From a virus (lineage: Duplodnaviria; Caudoviricetes): a stretch of DNA of 64,000 bases. A model generated the notes under the pieces. The model made no database searches, was not told where the DNA came from, and saw only the letters and a list, made by a program, of their open reading frames with translations. A program made the position numbers and the translations under genes. The stretch lies in the IMG/VR virus record IMGVR_UViG_3300028048_000066, positions 32,001 to 96,000 of that record. The stretch is one strand, 5' to 3'. Below, in pieces: positions 38,600 to 48,098 of this stretch (position 1 is the first letter of the stretch; the number at the start of each line of letters is the position of its first letter).

Positions 38600-39859
38600 A
38601 TGACAAGAAAAGAGTTTTATGCTTATGTTGAAACATTTAGACAACCTGATGGAACATTTGACAAAGATGATATTTACACCATTGGTGTTACATTTAAAAC
38701 TAAACTATACAAACAAGATAGAAAGTGGCAAGAACTTGTAGATAAGATTGGTTGGCCTAGTTCAGCAGAGAGTTTAAGAGCATTTGTAAATCATAGAATG
38801 CAAACTGCAGGGGTCTTACCTAAAGACATTATGAGAATCAGTTATGATGGTATAATTGGTGGTGGAGTGTCTGAAGAGACCTTAAACAGTATGACAATAG
38901 AACTTGCTAAAGAAAGACAAAAGATTAGGGATGAAAGAACAGCATTTAATAGAGATATTAGAACAACAGCAAGAGAAGAAGTTTTTGTTGAAGCAATTAG
39001 AGACACTGTTTCTCAATTAAAAGAATTAGAACCATTAAAATATGTTCCTGTTCATACAGACCAAAAAAATCACGAAGCGGTTTTATTGTTGTCCGATTTA
39101 CATATAGGTGTAAAATGTGATAACTGGTATAATACTTATAATACAGAAATTGCAAAAGTTAGACTACAAATGTTAGTTGAAAGTGTTATTTCAACTTGTA
39201 GACTTTACAATGTTCAAGTACTAAATGTATGCAACCTTGGAGATATGGTTCACGGAATTATTCATACAAACGCAAGAGTTGAAGCAGAACTAAATGTTGT
39301 TGACCAAGTTTTAAAGGCAGCAGAACTTATTTCTGAAGTATTGAATCTATTACAAGAAGCAGCACCAAAGATTGTATATAGAAGTGTTATTGATAATCAC
39401 TCAAGAGTTATTGCAAACAAAGAAGAGGCATTAGATAGTGAACACTTTAGTAAACTTATTGATATGTTTTTAATGGAAAGATTAGGACACACATCAATTG
39501 TATTTGCTAATGACAATGTAGATGATGGTGTTGGTAAGTTTACTTTAATGAATGGTAAGAAAATTATGTTCTCTCACGGACATAATGACAGCATCAATAA
39601 AGTATATCAAAACTTTACTGGAATGATGAAGGAATATATAGACTACATTTTCTTAGGACATTATCATTCACCAAAAGCAAAGAGTTTCCAAGATACAATG
39701 GTGTTTGTAAATGGAAGTATTGTAGGAACAGAACAATATGCTTTTAATAAGAGATTATTTAGTAGTCCTTCACAAACATTATTAGTATTTGATACAGAGA
39801 AGGGTAAGAATAGTTTAATTAACCAAACAATTGACCTATCAACAGGTAAAGGAAAATAA
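38600..39859 (+). CDS. Calcineurin-like metallophosphoesterase
   Basis: SDLH, GDMVHG, DNH, SHGH, GHYH, NGS. Confidence 0.85.
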   Translation: MTRKEFYAYVETFRQPDGTFDKDDIYTIGVTFKTKLYKQDRKWQELVDKIGWPSSAESLRAFVNHRMQTAGVLPKDIMRISYDGIIGGGVSEETLNSMTIELAKERQKIRDERTAFNRDIRTTAREEVFVEAIRDTVSQLKELEPLKYVPVHTDQKNHEAVLLLSDLHIGVKCDNWYNTYNTEIAKVRLQMLVESVISTCRLYNVQVLNVCNLGDMVHGIIHTNARVEAELNVVDQVLKAAELISEVLNLLQEAAPKIVYRSVIDNHSRVIANKEEALDSEHFSKLIDMFLMERLGHTSIVFANDNVDDGVGKFTLMNGKKIMFSHGHNDSINKVYQNFTGMMKEYIDYIFLGHYHSPKAKSFQDTMVFVNGSIVGTEQYAFNKRLFSSPSQTLLVFDTEKGKNSLINQTIDLSTGKGK

Positions 39860-40225
39860 ATGTCAAAGAAAGATTTAGTTCAATATTATTTACAAGTCCA
39901 AAGTCAATATTTTGAAATGTTAAAAGATTTTAGGGATGTAAATGATGAGGTTAAGAAAGGATTGGTTGAGCAATCTGTGGTTGATAATTTAAAACAAGAA
40001 TTAGATGTAGTAAGAACAAACTACGAAAGATTATCATATGAATTATTCTTATTAAATCAACCAAACAAAGATTCAAAGAAACCACTTGATGAAAAAGTTA
40101 ATAAAGAGTGGTATGATTATTTAGAGGGTTCTTCAAAAGAAGCAATCCTTGATGAAAACAGAGATGCATTAGCAGACTTTAAGAAGTATGTAAGGGAGAT
40201 GAAAAAAGAAGATGGCAACGATTGA
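39860..40225 (+). CDS. Hypothetical protein
   Basis: Coupled ORF. Confidence 0.6.
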   Translation: MSKKDLVQYYLQVQSQYFEMLKDFRDVNDEVKKGLVEQSVVDNLKQELDVVRTNYERLSYELFLLNQPNKDSKKPLDEKVNKEWYDYLEGSSKEAILDENRDALADFKKYVREMKKEDGND

Positions 40226-40484
40226 TGAATTTTTAGATAAATTAGGAATTGCAGGAGAGTATACAACAACTGATGGTGAGTATACTTTATTACTTGAAAA
40301 CAGTGATGAGTTCCAACAAGTCTATTCAATTTTATCTTCATCAGATTTAGTTGATTTAGATGTAGATGATGTAATCGTAACAGAACACGCAAACATTTTA
40401 AAATATATTGCTGATGATTATGATTTAACATTAGAGTGTGATTTTGATAGCGATACATATAAGTTAATAGTAGAGGAAGCATAA
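40212..40484 (+). CDS. Small highly acidic protein
   Basis: Coupled ORF, D/E-rich. Confidence 0.6.
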   Translation: MATIDEFLDKLGIAGEYTTTDGEYTLLLENSDEFQQVYSILSSSDLVDLDVDDVIVTEHANILKYIADDYDLTLECDFDSDTYKLIVEEA

Positions 40485-41203
40485 TGGGAAGACATAAGAA
40501 GATTATAACAGATTTAGAGAAGTTAAGCACAAGAGCAAGTGAAACTATCTTACAAGATGAAGAAAATCTAAACCAAACAATTAAATGGATTAAAGACATC
40601 TTATATGCAGATGATAACTTAGTAGCATTAGCAGCACCACAAATTGGTGTTGATTCAAGATTATTCTGTATTAAGTTTAGTGGTGGGGATATTAGAACAT
40701 TTATTAACCCTATGATTAAAGGTAAAAAGGGGATGCACCTTTCAAGAGAGAAATGTATTAGCATTCCAGGTAAAGAGTTTATTATTCCAAGATATGATGA
40801 AATAGAAGTTATTTATCAAACACCAACAGCAAAGATAGAAGAAAATGTTATGAAGGAAGCAGTTGGGGAAGTATTTCAACAAATGATGCACCTTCTTGAT
40901 GGTGTTTTACTTTCAGACTTAGGTTTAGAGGTTATAGAAGGTTGGGATGAAGCATCTGAGGAAGAAAGAGAAGAAGTTATCAAAGTCTACTTAGATGGTC
41001 TTAAAGCAGCAAATGAAGGACTTAAAAAAGAGATTGAAGAAAATAAAGACACAAAGGCACTAAATGATGCTATTGAGTTTATGAAGGGTGTGGAACTTGG
41101 AACAGTTGAAACCTATGAAGAAAAACCTCAACTTAACAGGGAGCAAAGAAGACAACTAGAAAAACTTAAAAAGATAGAAAGAAGAAAATATTATAAGAGG
41201 TAA
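40484..41203 (+). CDS. def: Peptide deformylase homologue with degenerate active site
   Basis: LAAPQIG, FINP, EKCISIPG, R..I.V.YQ and LDG retained, but HExxH replaced by QMMHL. Confidence 0.8.
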   Translation: MGRHKKIITDLEKLSTRASETILQDEENLNQTIKWIKDILYADDNLVALAAPQIGVDSRLFCIKFSGGDIRTFINPMIKGKKGMHLSREKCISIPGKEFIIPRYDEIEVIYQTPTAKIEENVMKEAVGEVFQQMMHLLDGVLLSDLGLEVIEGWDEASEEEREEVIKVYLDGLKAANEGLKKEIEENKDTKALNDAIEFMKGVELGTVETYEEKPQLNREQRRQLEKLKKIERRKYYKR

Positions 41204-41207
41204 TATT

Positions 41208-41426
41208 ATGGCAGATAGTAAAGAAATGATTTATGACTTCTATGGTAAAATTATCGGAAGTATTGTAACAAAATCAGATGGAGATAGAATTGCATATGAT
41301 TTCTATGGAAAGATTTTAGGTAGATATAGCAAGACATATAACAGAACATATGACTTCTATGGAAAGATTGTATCAACAGGAGATACAACATCTGCATTAG
41401 TATGGGCAAATTATAATAAAAAGTAA
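41208..41426 (+). CDS. Small YDFYGK triple-repeat protein (beta-flower-like)
   Basis: Three YDFYGKI repeats. Confidence 0.7.
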   Translation: MADSKEMIYDFYGKIIGSIVTKSDGDRIAYDFYGKILGRYSKTYNRTYDFYGKIVSTGDTTSALVWANYNKK

Positions 41427-41441
41427 AGGAAAGGTGAAAAA

Positions 41442-41891
41442 ATGAAATTCTATGCTGTAGCAAATAAACCAAATGTATCAAAGTTAATATTGAATGATGA
41501 TATTGATGACCTTGTTATTTATACAATAGTAGGTAAATTAAAACATTGTAATGAATATGTAAATAAATTTATAAAGATGAAAAATTACTCTCATTTCTTA
41601 AATTGGTGTGATGCTCACTCAATTAACCCAGAAGATAGATATGCCTGGGGTAAATATTGTAGTGTTGTAGTTAAAAACCAATTTAGAGGATTTTATGTTT
41701 CTCCATTAAAGTTAAATAAATATTCACTTGCAGCGGTTTTGAGATTCTCAAATAGTTGCGTTCCTGTTGGGTGTAGTTATGAATCACCATCAGAAATTAG
41801 AACATTTATTACTGTTCATTGTAAAGATGAAAACTCAAAAGAACTTGTAGAAAAATTAAAAGAGATTGAGGATTGTTTACATAGTATTTAA
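41442..41891 (+). CDS. Hypothetical protein
   Basis: GAAAGGTG RBS. Confidence 0.6.
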   Translation: MKFYAVANKPNVSKLILNDDIDDLVIYTIVGKLKHCNEYVNKFIKMKNYSHFLNWCDAHSINPEDRYAWGKYCSVVVKNQFRGFYVSPLKLNKYSLAAVLRFSNSCVPVGCSYESPSEIRTFITVHCKDENSKELVEKLKEIEDCLHSI

Positions 41892-41892
41892 T

Positions 41893-43752
41893 ATGATAGA
41901 CCAAGAGCATAAAATCTTAATCATCGTGGAATCGCCAAATAAGGTGCAAACCATTAAATCTTTCTTGCCAAAGAACTATGTTGTAATGGCAAGTGTTGGG
42001 CATATTATGGAAATAAAGAATGGTGGTTCTTATTTTAATACTGGCATTGACCCTAAAAACAAATTTAAGACAGATTATGCAGTGTCACCAGAGAAGAAAG
42101 AGGTTGTAGATAAGTTAAAGGAACAATTAAAGAATTCAGATTTTGTTTATCTTGCAACCGACCCAGATAGAGAGGGTGAGGCAATTGCTTGGTCATTGAA
42201 AAAGTTCTTGAGCATACCAAAAACAAAGTATAAGAGAATAACTTTTCACGAAATTACCAAAAAAGCAGTATTAAAAGCACTGGAAAATCCGTCAGACATT
42301 GATGATGACCTTGTAAGTGCAGCACAGGCAAGACAAAAACTTGATAAATTGCTTGGATATAGACTTTCAAGCATCTCAAGAAAAGAAATCAATGCTAAAA
42401 GTGTTGGTAGATGTCAAAGTGCTGGTCTTAAACTCATTTGTGATAGAGAAAATGAGATATTAAACTTCAAACCTGAGACTTATTATGACTTATATCTTAA
42501 TTTTTCTAAGAGTGGTGAGGAATATAAGGCAAAATATGTTGGAACAAGAGAAAAGTTAGTAAAAAAACTTAAATCTAAAGATGAAGTTGCAAAAATTGTT
42601 GAAGATTGCAATAAATTGAATAAATATACAGTTGAAGACATTATAAGAAAGGAAAAATTAGAAAATCCTAAAGCACCATTCACAACAAGCACATTTCAAC
42701 AGGAAGTATCCAATAAATTGGGCATTGGTGTAAATGATGCGATGTCTTATGCACAAAAATTGTTTGAAGGTATTGAAGTAAACCATCAACACATCGCTTT
42801 AATCACCTATATTAGAACTGATAGCAATGAATTTGCACCAGAGTTCTTACCAATACTTGAAAACTATGTTAAAAAACACTTTGGATTAGAATACTATGCT
42901 CCAATGAGGAAGTATAAGAAGAGTGATTTAGCACAAGAAGGTCACGAAGCAATAAGACCAGTTGATTTAGATATGACTCCAAGTATGTTAAAGAATTTTG
43001 TTAAAGATGAAAAATTATTAAAGATTTATACAATCATATACAACAGAACAATAGCAACAATGATGGCAAGTGCTGTTAAGAGTGAAACAACATATTCAAT
43101 ATTCAATGGTGACCACAATTTCAATTTAGTTTCTACTGAATTAGTTTTTGATGGGTTCAAAAAGATTTACACATATAAGGAAGATGATGAAGAAGATGGT
43201 GTAACACTTGTAACATTTGATAAGGGTGAAACATTACAAAACACTAAATTGGATTGTGCAGAAAAACAAACAAAACCACCTGCGAGATATAAAGAATCAA
43301 CATTTGTAAATGTATTAGAATCTACTGGTATCGGTAGACCATCTACTTATGGAAAAATAATAAAAACATTATTAGACACAGAAAGGGGTTACTGTGAAAC
43401 AAAAGACAAGTGTATAGTACCAACAGAAAAGGGTATGGAATTATCAAAGTGGTTAGATAAATCATTCTCAAGTTTAATTAACATTGACTATACAAGTGAA
43501 TTAGAAAAAGATTTAGACCTTATTGCAAAAGGCAAATTAAATGACCAAAAGTTCTTAGAGGATTTCTATAACAATATGGAATCTTCAGTAAAAGAGATGA
43601 ACAAGACAAAAATGGTACAAGATAAAAAATATATAATAGGAGAAGTTAAATGCCCAATCTGTGGTAGTGATATGTATCTAAGGTCAGGCAAATTTGGAGA
43701 GTTTTGGGGATGTTCTCAATATCCAAGATGTACAGGAATAGTTAAAAAATAA
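41893..43752 (+). CDS. topA: DNA topoisomerase IA
   Basis: IVESPNK, ASVGH, ATDPDREGE, SVGRCQ, ITYIRTD (catalytic Y), QEGHEAIRP, GIGRPSTY, C-terminal Zn ribbon. Confidence 0.95.
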   Translation: MIDQEHKILIIVESPNKVQTIKSFLPKNYVVMASVGHIMEIKNGGSYFNTGIDPKNKFKTDYAVSPEKKEVVDKLKEQLKNSDFVYLATDPDREGEAIAWSLKKFLSIPKTKYKRITFHEITKKAVLKALENPSDIDDDLVSAAQARQKLDKLLGYRLSSISRKEINAKSVGRCQSAGLKLICDRENEILNFKPETYYDLYLNFSKSGEEYKAKYVGTREKLVKKLKSKDEVAKIVEDCNKLNKYTVEDIIRKEKLENPKAPFTTSTFQQEVSNKLGIGVNDAMSYAQKLFEGIEVNHQHIALITYIRTDSNEFAPEFLPILENYVKKHFGLEYYAPMRKYKKSDLAQEGHEAIRPVDLDMTPSMLKNFVKDEKLLKIYTIIYNRTIATMMASAVKSETTYSIFNGDHNFNLVSTELVFDGFKKIYTYKEDDEEDGVTLVTFDKGETLQNTKLDCAEKQTKPPARYKESTFVNVLESTGIGRPSTYGKIIKTLLDTERGYCETKDKCIVPTEKGMELSKWLDKSFSSLINIDYTSELEKDLDLIAKGKLNDQKFLEDFYNNMESSVKEMNKTKMVQDKKYIIGEVKCPICGSDMYLRSGKFGEFWGCSQYPRCTGIVKK

Positions 43753-43780
43753 AAATTTTCAAAAAAGTTTTAAAAAACAG

Positions 43781-43809
43781 TTGACAATTTAAGTTCAAAG
43801 TAGTATAAT
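43781..43809 (+). promoter_or_regulatory. Strong early sigmaA promoter
   Basis: TTGACA-N17-TATAAT with A-rich UP region. Confidence 0.85.
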
Positions 43810-43842
43810 GTAACCAGAATTAAATGAAAGGAGATTTAGTAT

Positions 43843-44148
43843 ATGGCGGAAAATACCTTATATGAACAATTGATTACAGAATTTACACAGGGATGTAAAG
43901 AAAGAGCAGAGTTTGCAAAACAAATTACATTTAACAACAACCCATCAGCATTAGTACTTGAATTAAGTAAAATATTAGGTTCTTATACAATAGGATTTAT
44001 TAGTGCCTGTAAGATTTTTGCTCGTCAAAAAATACTTACAGTAGAAGAGTTTAGTAATTTATGTGATGAAGTTAGTAGAATTTGGAATTGGGAATTAGCG
44101 AGAGCAAAAGAAGAAAGAGATAGCGAGGTTCAAAATGATGAGCAATAA
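43843..44148 (+). CDS. Hypothetical protein
   Basis: GAAAGGAG RBS. Confidence 0.6.
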   Translation: MAENTLYEQLITEFTQGCKERAEFAKQITFNNNPSALVLELSKILGSYTIGFISACKIFARQKILTVEEFSNLCDEVSRIWNWELARAKEERDSEVQNDEQ

Positions 44149-44488
44149 CGCAGTGGATTATATTTTTGAAAAAGAATTAAAATTAGCAGACCTCATAATG
44201 TCTTTATCTGATGATGTTGAGGGTTATGTATCAAATGACATCAAAGCAAACAATTTCTTCATAATTACTAGAGAGAAGAATGATGGAAGATATTACTTTG
44301 TTATACTTGAACCAACAAAGAAGCATATGAAGATTATTTACAATGAGTTCACAAAGTTCGCAAGATATTTTAACTTTATTGGTGAACCAGAAGTAGATGA
44401 CATATACGATATTACAAGTCTAACAAGTGCAGATACAATGGAAGAACTATACAAGAAATTTCTATTTGTATACAAGATGTTTAAATAG
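44135..44488 (+). CDS. Hypothetical protein
   Basis: GAGGT RBS. Confidence 0.6.
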   Translation: MMSNNAVDYIFEKELKLADLIMSLSDDVEGYVSNDIKANNFFIITREKNDGRYYFVILEPTKKHMKIIYNEFTKFARYFNFIGEPEVDDIYDITSLTSADTMEELYKKFLFVYKMFK

Positions 44489-44499
44489 GGAGAAAATAA

Positions 44500-44715
44500 A
44501 TGAGATATAGTTTTTATTTTTTGATTATGCATATTGGTTTAATGCTTTTATGGTTAGTATGTATATTATCGTATGTGCTTAACTATGATGTTTGTGTACA
44601 ATATTATGGTTATGAGACAGTTGTTGTTTGTATAGTATTTAATTCAATATGTTTTATAGCAAATGGAGTAAGTGCAGCAACAAATATAATTTCAATTAAA
44701 AAGAATCAAATGTAA
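44500..44715 (+). CDS. Small two-TM membrane protein
   Basis: Two hydrophobic stretches; GGGAG RBS. Confidence 0.6.
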   Translation: MRYSFYFLIMHIGLMLLWLVCILSYVLNYDVCVQYYGYETVVVCIVFNSICFIANGVSAATNIISIKKNQM

Positions 44716-44726
44716 AGGAGATAGAT

Positions 44727-44957
44727 ATGAACAAATTTTTATATGTAGGTAAAAAGATTCAATTATATCCAGGTGATGAAGATTATAAAGAAGGCATCAT
44801 AGAAGATGTAGATGATTTAGGTTGGGTAATTAAGATTACAAAAGTTATCAATAGAACTTCTTTCAGATGTGGATATGTAGCAGGTGATACAATATTTATT
44901 AGTATTAGCACACCATTCAAGTTTAAATATCTTGATGACACAGATGAAACAGAATAA
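44727..44957 (+). CDS. Hypothetical protein (small beta-barrel-like)
   Basis: AAGGAG RBS. Confidence 0.6.
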   Translation: MNKFLYVGKKIQLYPGDEDYKEGIIEDVDDLGWVIKITKVINRTSFRCGYVAGDTIFISISTPFKFKYLDDTDETE

Positions 44958-44968
44958 GGAGATTTATT

Positions 44969-45190
44969 ATGGGTGACATTAAGGTGTGGTATTTTAATAA
45001 TGTGGTAATTGAAGATATTGACAAAGTAATTGAGAAAGGACTTTGGGAAAAGTGTAAGAAAACAATTCTTTCTGTAACTAATCTTACAAAGGTAGACAGA
45101 GAGTTTGTATCAGCACAAGATGCAGACGATGATTATTTTATAGATGATGTTAATATTGCCTGTAAAATAATTGCAGAGATGAGCATATAA
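44969..45190 (+). CDS. Hypothetical protein
   Basis: AAGGAG RBS. Confidence 0.6.
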   Translation: MGDIKVWYFNNVVIEDIDKVIEKGLWEKCKKTILSVTNLTKVDREFVSAQDADDDYFIDDVNIACKIIAEMSI

Positions 45191-45191
45191 A

Positions 45192-45209
45192 TAGTTTACA
45201 AGTAAACTA
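45192..45209. promoter_or_regulatory. Palindrome TAGTTTAC-AA-GTAAACTA, operator-like
   Basis: Perfect 8-bp inverted repeat; degenerate copy at 47477-47495. Confidence 0.4.
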
Positions 45210-45223
45210 ATTTAGGAGATATT

Positions 45224-45403
45224 ATGAGAGAAAGAGAAGATATAATAACAAAGATTATTGGAATATTCTTTATAGTGATGATAGTATTGTTAGCACTTGC
45301 TATGATAGGGATAGAGATTTACATTTGGGTAACCTATGCTAACACACCAGTAGAAGAACTTCCAAGTTGGGTATTATTCTTTATGTTTGGGGGTAAGAGA
45401 TGA
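45224..45403 (+). CDS. Small membrane protein (59 aa, not in ORF track)
   Basis: AGGAG RBS; IIGIFFIVMIVLLALAMIGIEIYIWV; ATGA overlap with the next gene. Confidence 0.65.
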   Translation: MREREDIITKIIGIFFIVMIVLLALAMIGIEIYIWVTYANTPVEELPSWVLFFMFGGKR

Positions 45404-45651
45404 CAACACACATATTAAAAATTAAAAATGAATATTGGGCAGAAGTCTATGAAGGTGCAAAAACATTTGAGTTAAGAAAGAATGACAGAGATTTTAAGGT
45501 TGGAGATATTATACAATTCAAACTTGTAGATTCAGATATAGACATTAGTGAGTTCAAGTATAGAATCACATACATACTCAAAGATGTTCCAGAGTATGGA
45601 CTTGACAAAGATTACTGTATTTTAGCAATAAAGGAGATAATAAAAAAATGA
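45400..45651 (+). CDS. ASCH/DUF3850 domain protein
   Basis: HILKI..GAKTFELRKNDRDFKVGD..ITYI..YGL. Confidence 0.85.
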   Translation: MTTHILKIKNEYWAEVYEGAKTFELRKNDRDFKVGDIIQFKLVDSDIDISEFKYRITYILKDVPEYGLDKDYCILAIKEIIKK

Positions 45652-46022
45652 CAAGTGAACAAATATTAGAAGAATTAGAAAGAAAATATAACGAAGCAAT
45701 AGAAGAAGGAAGAAAAGCATTTTCGGAATGGTTTTATATGTCACCAGAAGAACTGAAAAGAGAAAAAGAAGTATGGAATGATGTAATGAGATTAAAAGGA
45801 CAAAGAGATGCTTATTTGTATATGATAGACTATATAAAACAAAAAGAAGGTGTAAAAAATAAGATAAAAACAAGTAAAGATTTCGTTGAGTTAGTAAACA
45901 AACTATTAGAAGAATCAAATTCACTAACAGAGATAAAACTACCTAATGGTTCAATATGTAGTACCGATGTAGGATATGTAGAATCATTTTGGCATCAATT
46001 ATTAGAAAGTTTAGATGATTGA
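45648..46022 (+). CDS. Hypothetical protein
   Basis: AAGGAG RBS. Confidence 0.6.
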   Translation: MTSEQILEELERKYNEAIEEGRKAFSEWFYMSPEELKREKEVWNDVMRLKGQRDAYLYMIDYIKQKEGVKNKIKTSKDFVELVNKLLEESNSLTEIKLPNGSICSTDVGYVESFWHQLLESLDD

Positions 46023-46051
46023 TGAATGGAAATAAGACAAGGAGAATAAAA

Positions 46052-46228
46052 ATGGCAGATAGATTTAAGAATATAGAAGAAGTAGAAAATGAAAATGAAT
46101 GGGTAAGGGAAGTTATTGGGAATTTTATTTATGATTATTCTGATTACGATTGGGCTAATAATACTCAAATGCCTATGTTAGTAAAGTTAGCAAATTATTG
46201 GTATGAACTTGGAAGAAAGGGCGAATAA
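46052..46228 (+). CDS. Hypothetical protein
   Basis: AAGGAGAATAAAAATG junction. Confidence 0.55.
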   Translation: MADRFKNIEEVENENEWVREVIGNFIYDYSDYDWANNTQMPMLVKLANYWYELGRKGE

Positions 46229-46254
46229 TAAAAAGATAGAGAAGGAGAAGGAAA

Positions 46255-46899
46255 ATGGAAAAGGAATATCAAAAAATTGGAAATGTATTTAAGTTTGATG
46301 AAAAGTTCAGAACAATCGTAGGATTAAATGAACCATTTGAAACACTAAAAAATATTATCTGGCAAGGCACAGAGAAAATTGATGGTACTAACATTAGAGT
46401 TCATTGGGATGGACACGATATAGAAATTGCAGGTCATACAGATAAAGCACAAATACCAACAAAACTAAAAGAATATTTAGAGAACTTATTTTTAACAAAA
46501 GAAATGGAATATGTCTTTGAACAAATCTTTGCAGAGAAAGAAGCATATATCTTTGGTGAAGGTTATGGTACTGGTATTCAAAAATATGGTGAAGATTATA
46601 TTGGAGATGGTAAAGTAGGTTTCATTATTTTTGATATTAACATTGGTGGGTTTGACTTAAAGAGGGAAAGTGTAGATGACATTGCTGGTAGATTAGGAAT
46701 ACCTTCTGTACCAGTAGTATTTGAAGGAACACTAGACCAAGCAAAAGAATATGTATTAGAACATCATATGTCAACTCTAAATAATGGTAAGCACGAAATG
46801 GAAGGTTTGGTATTAGTTCCAAAGGGTATTCAATTATATGATAGTAAAAGACATCTTATTAAATGTAAATGTAAATATAGAGATATTATAAAAGGATAA
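46255..46899 (+). CDS. RNA ligase (Rnl2-like nucleotidyltransferase domain)
   Basis: TEKIDGTN (motif I), FGEG, FDI, EGLV, KCK. Confidence 0.8.
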   Translation: MEKEYQKIGNVFKFDEKFRTIVGLNEPFETLKNIIWQGTEKIDGTNIRVHWDGHDIEIAGHTDKAQIPTKLKEYLENLFLTKEMEYVFEQIFAEKEAYIFGEGYGTGIQKYGEDYIGDGKVGFIIFDINIGGFDLKRESVDDIAGRLGIPSVPVVFEGTLDQAKEYVLEHHMSTLNNGKHEMEGLVLVPKGIQLYDSKRHLIKCKCKYRDIIKG

Positions 46900-46917
46900 A
46901 GTAAAGGTGAAAAAAAA

Positions 46918-47148
46918 ATGAAAGCGTATAGAGTAGCATACAGAGACCACGATGATGGATATTATAAAATTACGGAAAATGGCGAAGAATATTATGATAG
47001 TGAAGAAAAAGTTCTTGCAAGTCATCCAGATGCTAAAATACAAGTCTATAAACCTTACATTACTGATAAGGGGAAGTATAGAAAAGAACTAATAGCAGGT
47101 GAAAAGGTGTGGCGTGGTTGGATATATGAAGAAATAGAAATAAAATAA
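46918..47148 (+). CDS. Hypothetical protein
   Basis: AAAGGTG RBS. Confidence 0.6.
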   Translation: MKAYRVAYRDHDDGYYKITENGEEYYDSEEKVLASHPDAKIQVYKPYITDKGKYRKELIAGEKVWRGWIYEEIEIK

Positions 47149-47171
47149 GAATATAAGGATGGAGAAGTAAT

Positions 47172-47456
47172 ATGAAAAGAAATAAGATTAAGGTTTTAGA
47201 TAGAAAAGAGTTTTACGAGATGGAAGATAATTTTTGTGAATGGTACACAGAGTTTACATTAAGAGAAATAGAAGATAAAGACAAAAACAAAACATATGAT
47301 GTAAGAAAATATGCCTATTGGACAGACCAAGCAAATGAAAGTAAGTACTATGACTATAAATGCTTTAACACATTGGAAGAAGCAAGTACATTGTTTAGTA
47401 GCATAAAGAAAGAGAATGATAAGAGATTTAGAACAGAGTTTGACCCTTTATGGTAG
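47172..47456 (+). CDS. Hypothetical protein
   Basis: GGAG RBS. Confidence 0.6.
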   Translation: MKRNKIKVLDRKEFYEMEDNFCEWYTEFTLREIEDKDKNKTYDVRKYAYWTDQANESKYYDYKCFNTLEEASTLFSSIKKENDKRFRTEFDPLW

Positions 47457-47494
47457 TAAGGTTGAAAAAATCAGACAGTTTACAATTGAACTAA

Positions 47495-47505
47495 TGCTAA
47501 ATTAA
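47495..47505 (+). promoter_or_regulatory. TGCTAAATTAA motif, putative late promoter
   Basis: Recurrent 11-mer, intergenic. Confidence 0.55.
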
Positions 47506-47616
47506 GTGAAACATAAAAGGCAAGATATACACAAGGTTTAGAATACTAACACAAAGTCACCCAAAGAGATAGGACTCAAAGGGTGATTAAAACTATTAGG
47601 ATAGGAGATGAGAGAT

Positions 47617-48021
47617 ATGTCAAACCAAAAAGATTATGGATATTATTCCAAGAAGTTAAACAAACCTTTTGATTCTCTTGATGAGTTGAGAGAAGCAGAA
47701 GAGGAAGAAGAAAGAAAGGAAGCACTAAAGCAACAAGAGATTGAAGATAAGAAATCCCTTGCAAAGAAAGTTGAGGATTCTTATAAGTCCTATATTGAAG
47801 TTCTTAATGCAAGTAAGGAAGAACTCAAGAAGGTTCAAGAAGAATTGGACAAGAAGGTTTCAGACTCTTACAATGAGTATGTAGAAGCAAAGAATGAGTT
47901 TATAGATAAGTATGGTTCTTTCCATATGACCTATAAAGACAAAGAACCTAAAGTAGATACAAGTTATTCAAATCTTCCAAGTGTATTCTCAACTATATTT
48001 GAAGATTTCTTTAAGTTCTAA
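47617..48021 (+). CDS. Coiled-coil phage protein (monocistronic; start 47608 or 47617)
   Basis: YYSKKLNKPFDS..FIDKYGSFH; flanked by an 18-bp imperfect inverted repeat. Confidence 0.7.
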   Translation: MSNQKDYGYYSKKLNKPFDSLDELREAEEEEERKEALKQQEIEDKKSLAKKVEDSYKSYIEVLNASKEELKKVQEELDKKVSDSYNEYVEAKNEFIDKYGSFHMTYKDKEPKVDTSYSNLPSVFSTIFEDFFKF

Positions 48022-48055
48022 AATAAAGTAGCAAATCTAAATCTTGTATATATAG

Positions 48056-48088
48056 AAGTGGTGAAAATAAAAATTTCATCACTTTTTT
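48056..48088 (+). terminator. Rho-independent terminator
   Basis: AAGTGGTGAAA / TTTCATCACTT plus T run. Confidence 0.8.
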
Positions 48089-48098
48089 ATTTTACCCA

